DNA of 64,000 bases. It comes from Planctomycetota bacterium (GTDB lineage: Bacteria > Planctomycetota > SZUA-567 > H5-PLA8). The translations under genes were made by a program, and so were the position numbers. Shown here in pieces: positions 60,496 through 64,000 of the stretch. Numbering within the stretch: position 1 is the stretch's first letter; the number at the start of each line of letters is the position of its first letter. The stretch spans positions 30,398 to 94,397 of the forward strand of contig BTVV01000009.1 in the NCBI GenBank assembly GCA_045863855.1, written 5' to 3'. The notes beneath the pieces were generated by a model, which was not told the DNA's origin, searched no databases, and saw only the letters and a program-made list of their open reading frames with translations.

Positions 60496-61722
60496 TTAAG
60501 AGGAAACCGCGGCGCTCGGCACACTCGCCGCGAGCCGTGCATCGCAAGTCATCGGTACGCCCACCCGCAGCGCCGGACGTTCCGGGCGCTGCATTCGCCA
60601 CAGCAGCAGTTCCGCCGCCGTGCGCCCCAGTTCCGCGCCGTCCGTATGAATCGGCAGCGCCGCCCCGCGGTACGCGCCCGAGATGCAGCCCGCCGCAGGC
60701 AAGCGCAGCCCGCGCGCTTCGAACGCCGCCTGCAATCCTTCCGCCTGCGCTACCGAATGGCACACCACCGCGTCGGGCCGCTTTTCTTCGGGCAGCGCCA
60801 GCAGCCGGTCCGCCATCTGCGCTTCGCGCCCCACGAGCTCGAAATGCAGCGCGTCTTCGCCCGCCACCAGACCCAGTTCGTCCATCGCCGCGCGGAACGC
60901 GCTCAAGCGCAGAAAGCTGTCAGGATCGATCCGCCGCTTTCCGAGCTGGTACGCGACCACTTCCGCCGGCGTCAGCGCGTCCGATGGCGCCGCAACCACC
61001 ATCTCCGCCCCGACGAAATGAATCCGCCGCGCGCCCTGCTCGTACAGCGCGCGAACCGCCGCGCGGAAGCCCATCGTCGGATCGACGTACACCTGGTCCG
61101 CGCGCGACGCGAAGCGCTCGTTCGGAAAATCCACCAGCACCGCCGGAACGTTCGAATCCAGCACCCGAGCCAGCCAGTCTTCTTCGATGATGCTCAACGC
61201 CACCAGCCCGTCGAAGCGGCCCGCTTGCACCGCCTCCAGCGCCGGATGACGCTCGCGGCTCCAGCTCGATTCGCCCAGCGCCTCCACCGTCACCGCGCGG
61301 CCTACGTCCGACCAACGTACGCGCGTCGGCTCCCGCTCGCCCGAACGATCCCACTCCGGCGCCGCCGCCTCCAGGCCCCAAGCCGTCAATAGGCCCCGCG
61401 TCATCTCGCCCTGAAACCAGTTCTGCATCCGGTCCGGTCGCACCGACCGCGGCCACAGCACCCCGATCTTCAAATGCCGGCCCGGCAGCAGCGGCGGGCG
61501 CGCAGGATCCGCCACGTACGTGCCGTCCCCGCGCCGACGCACGATCAAGCCCTCGCGCACCAGCTCCCCCAACGCGCGGACGACCGTCTGCTTCCCCGCC
61601 TTCAGCAACCGCGGCAATTCCGTCTCGCCCGGTAAGCGGCTCCCCGGTTCGTACACCCCATCCCGGATGCGCTTCCGCAGCGCCTCGACCACTTCGCGAT
61701 GTTTGAGCATGCGTGGTTCCAT
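60496..61722 (-). CDS. GntR wHTH regulator with LacI/periplasmic-binding-type sensor domain (AraR-like architecture)
   Basis: GVYEPGSRLPGETEL...TVVRALGELVREGLIVRRRGDGTYV, then VPAVLVD, GARRIHFVG and RPDAVVC. Alternative start at 61710. Confidence 0.85.
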   Translation of the reverse strand: MEPRMLKHREVVEALRKRIRDGVYEPGSRLPGETELPRLLKAGKQTVVRALGELVREGLIVRRRGDGTYVADPARPPLLPGRHLKIGVLWPRSVRPDRMQNWFQGEMTRGLLTAWGLEAAAPEWDRSGEREPTRVRWSDVGRAVTVEALGESSWSRERHPALEAVQAGRFDGLVALSIIEEDWLARVLDSNVPAVLVDFPNERFASRADQVYVDPTMGFRAAVRALYEQGARRIHFVGAEMVVAAPSDALTPAEVVAYQLGKRRIDPDSFLRLSAFRAAMDELGLVAGEDALHFELVGREAQMADRLLALPEEKRPDAVVCHSVAQAEGLQAAFEARGLRLPAAGCISGAYRGAALPIHTDGAELGRTAAELLLWRMQRPERPALRVGVPMTCDARLAASVPSAAVSS

Positions 61723-61733
61723 ACCTCCGCATA

Positions 61734-61816
61734 CACCGTAACATCGATGTAGTTAGATTAAAACACCGGTGTTTTAATAATAACATAAAACATTTTATGA
61801 TAAGCACTTATATAAT
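61734..61816. promoter_or_regulatory. AT-rich divergent promoter with palindromic operator candidates
   Basis: Perfect 22-bp palindrome attaaaacaccggtgttttaat (61757-61778), acatcgatgt (61741-61750), cataaaa-ca-ttttatg (61784-61799), ataag-ca-cttat (61800-61811), and a TATAAT at 61811-61816. Confidence 0.7.
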
Positions 61817-61960
61817 CAGCGGATGCAACCTTAACTGGAATCTGAAAACTAAGATCCCGCCCGCCTCCTTATATAGCAACCATCGCAGCCGCCTGCGCTC
61901 GCCACCTTTCCGCGCGGCTGCTACCATGCCCGCTCGCCTTAACACCTAAAGGAGATCGCC

Positions 61961-62821
61961 ATGCGTCTGGTCAGCTTCGGCCCCGCCGGTTCCGAACGCC
62001 TCGGAGCCCTCATTGCGAACGAAACCAAGATCGTGGACCTAAACAAAGCCGATCCGGCGCTCCCGGACCAGATGCTGGCTTATCTTCGCGGCGATTTTGA
62101 GTCGCGCGTGCGCAAGCTTCTGGCCGATACCTCCCAGGTGGCCCCCTCTGCCGTCGTGGACCGGGCCGCCGTTCGGCTGGGCGCTCCCGTTCCGCGGCCG
62201 GGGCTGATCGTCTGCGTGGGCCTGAACTACAAGGACCATGCCGACGAACAGGGGCACGAATACCCCAAGGCTCCGCTGCTGTTCTGCAAAGCGCCCTTCT
62301 CGGCGGTCGGGCCGAACGACGACGTGGAGTATCCGGAAGACGTCACGCAGCTCGATTACGAAGTCGAACTGGGTGTCGTGATCGGCAAGCCGGCCAAGCG
62401 GGTTAAGGCGGAAGACGCCGGGCGCTACATCGCCGGCTACTGCACGCTCCACGATGTCTCGGCGCGGTGCGCGCAGTTTGGGGACAAGCAATGGTTTCGC
62501 GGAAAGTCCTTCGATACCTTCTGCCCCTTCGGACCCGCGCTGGTCACGCCCGAAGAAGTCGACGCCGCCAACCTCAAGCTCACCTGCAAGGTGAACGGGG
62601 AAATCCGACAGAACTCCAACACGAACAACTTGATCCACGAAGTGCCGAAGCTCGTCGCCTACATCTCGCGCGGCATCACGCTGCAGCCGGGAGACATCAT
62701 CGCGACCGGCACGCCGGCCGGCGTGGGCGTCTTCATGAAGCCGCCGGCGCTCCTGAAGCGCGGCGATCTCGTGGAACTGGAAGTCCACGGCCTGGGCAAG
62801 ATCGTCAATCGAATCGTCTGA
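61961..62821 (+). CDS. Fumarylacetoacetate hydrolase (FAH) family protein
   Basis: CVGLNYKDH, LDYEVELGVVIG, HDVSAR, GKSFDTFCPFGP and GDIIATGTPAGVG. RBS aaaggag. Confidence 0.93.
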   Translation: MRLVSFGPAGSERLGALIANETKIVDLNKADPALPDQMLAYLRGDFESRVRKLLADTSQVAPSAVVDRAAVRLGAPVPRPGLIVCVGLNYKDHADEQGHEYPKAPLLFCKAPFSAVGPNDDVEYPEDVTQLDYEVELGVVIGKPAKRVKAEDAGRYIAGYCTLHDVSARCAQFGDKQWFRGKSFDTFCPFGPALVTPEEVDAANLKLTCKVNGEIRQNSNTNNLIHEVPKLVAYISRGITLQPGDIIATGTPAGVGVFMKPPALLKRGDLVELEVHGLGKIVNRIV

Positions 62822-62889
62822 TCGCGGGGAAACGGTCCTTCCGCTTCCCCGCACGGGCCTGACGGCCCGAAGCTACGGGGGACGTAAGG

Positions 62890-63810
62890 ATGCGGCAGCG
62901 CGAACGGTCGGTTTCTCGAGTGCTTTTCCGCGGCGCGCTTGCCGCCACGCTGGCGCTCGCCGCGCTCAGCGGCTGCGGCGACAAGAAGCACGCCAAGGCC
63001 CCCGCGCCCGCCACCGAACGCATGGCCTCCGCGCCCTCGGTGACGCCCAGCATGCCCCAGCCCGAACCCCGCACCCCGCCGCCCGCTCCAACCGGCGCCG
63101 TGCGCTGGTCCGATTCCATCACCCTCTACGGACCCATGCCCCAGGCCGAACTCGATAAGCTGATCAACGCGCCCGCGATCACCAACGTCGGCATCGCGCG
63201 CCCGGCATCCACCGCTTCGGCCGGACCGGCTCCGGCCCACATCGCCGCAGCCGATCCGCGCTGGGACGTCCGCCTCGGCACCGACTGGAACTACCTCGTC
63301 CTGCACCACTCGGCCAGCGCCACCGGCTCCGCCGCCAGCTTCCATCGCGCGCACCTCGCCCGCGGCTGGGACGGACTGGGCTACCATTTCGTCATCGGCA
63401 ACGGCTCCGGAAGCGGAGACGGCGAAGTCGAGATCGGATACCGCTGGCAGCAGCAGACCCGCGGCGCCCACGCCGGCAACGCAGAATACAACGAACACGG
63501 CATCGGCATCTGCCTCGTCGGCAACTTCGAAGAAACGCACCCCACACCGCGCCAGATGCAAGCCCTCACCACGCTCGTGCGCTTCCTGCAGGCCAAGTGC
63601 GGCATCCCCGCGAACAAGATCGTCGGGCATTCCGACGTGCCCGGCAAAGATACGCAATGCCCGGGACGCTACTTCAGCATGAGCAGCTTCCGCGGCCAGG
63701 TCGGTTCCGCCGGTTCCGGCCCTGTCTCCGTCAGCGCGGCCAAGCCCGCCAAGAAAAGCGCCACTTCTTCCGTCTCCAGCGGCATCAAGACCAGCGCCCT
63801 GCTGCCCTGA
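62890..63810 (+). CDS. Lipoprotein N-acetylmuramoyl-L-alanine amidase (Amidase_2 / PGRP-like)
   Basis: Lipobox LSGC and Pro-rich linker. Zn-amidase motifs VLHHSA, GYHFVIGNG, GAHAG, IGICLVGNF, VGHSDV and TQCPG. Confidence 0.88.
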   Translation: MRQRERSVSRVLFRGALAATLALAALSGCGDKKHAKAPAPATERMASAPSVTPSMPQPEPRTPPPAPTGAVRWSDSITLYGPMPQAELDKLINAPAITNVGIARPASTASAGPAPAHIAAADPRWDVRLGTDWNYLVLHHSASATGSAASFHRAHLARGWDGLGYHFVIGNGSGSGDGEVEIGYRWQQQTRGAHAGNAEYNEHGIGICLVGNFEETHPTPRQMQALTTLVRFLQAKCGIPANKIVGHSDVPGKDTQCPGRYFSMSSFRGQVGSAGSGPVSVSAAKPAKKSATSSVSSGIKTSALLP

Positions 63811-63843
63811 TCCCGTCCTTGTTCGCAACCGTTCCGCGCTGCC

Positions 63844-63903
63844 GCCCCTCAGGGGCCGGCACGCGTTTGGAGCGCCGGCCTCCCACGGCTTACGCCGTGG
63901 GCT
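63844..63903. repeat. REP-like palindromes downstream of the amidase
   Basis: gcccc-tca-ggggc (63844-63856) and cccacggc-ttac-gccgtggg (63882-63901). Confidence 0.55.
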
Positions 63904-64000
63904 AAACGCTGCCGGCCCACCGGGACTTACGCCGAAGTCCCGCTCCACGCCCGCCGCACCGGCGCCGCGCACCGCCGGTCATTCCAAAATCCAGAATCCC

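Overview
High-GC bacterial chromosomal segment, most likely from a Planctomycetota genome. That assignment is an inference from the DWG-type Ser/Thr kinase with an FGE-sulfatase domain, the cNMP/Fe-S fusion, the many secreted beta-propeller and CBM9-like proteins, the MoxR-Bat operon and the intergenic repeat types. From left to right the window holds: (1) a two-partner secretion locus, with a 5'-truncated >3600-aa filamentous haemagglutinin-like TpsA, a membrane Ser/Thr kinase with coiled-coil and FGE domains inserted 3 bp after it, a TpsB/Omp85 transporter, and a double-cNMP/4Fe-4S protein; (2) a MacAB/LolCDE-type ABC exporter operon; (3) three secreted putative glycan-active proteins; (4) a complete moxR-DUF58-batABDE operon; (5) an unusual PlsC acyltransferase / permuted papain-like (YiiX/C92) fusion; (6) copA, an MFS transporter, a radical SAM protein and an AlkD-like protein, with a MITE-like palindrome upstream of the last; (7) two consecutive divergent PhyH-dioxygenase/AraC modules; (8) a rhodanese and a transglutaminase-like protein; (9) a cluster of secreted beta-propeller paralogs and a LamG protein downstream of a GntR regulator with a strongly palindromic operator region; (10) an FAH-family hydrolase and a lipoprotein peptidoglycan amidase. 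The best candidate for an undescribed system is the TpsA-kinase-TpsB(-cNMP/Fe-S) operon, which looks like a contact-sensing trans-envelope signalling device. No rRNA, tRNA, CRISPR array, transposase or phage gene was recognised. All calls come from reading motifs by eye; no database searches were run.
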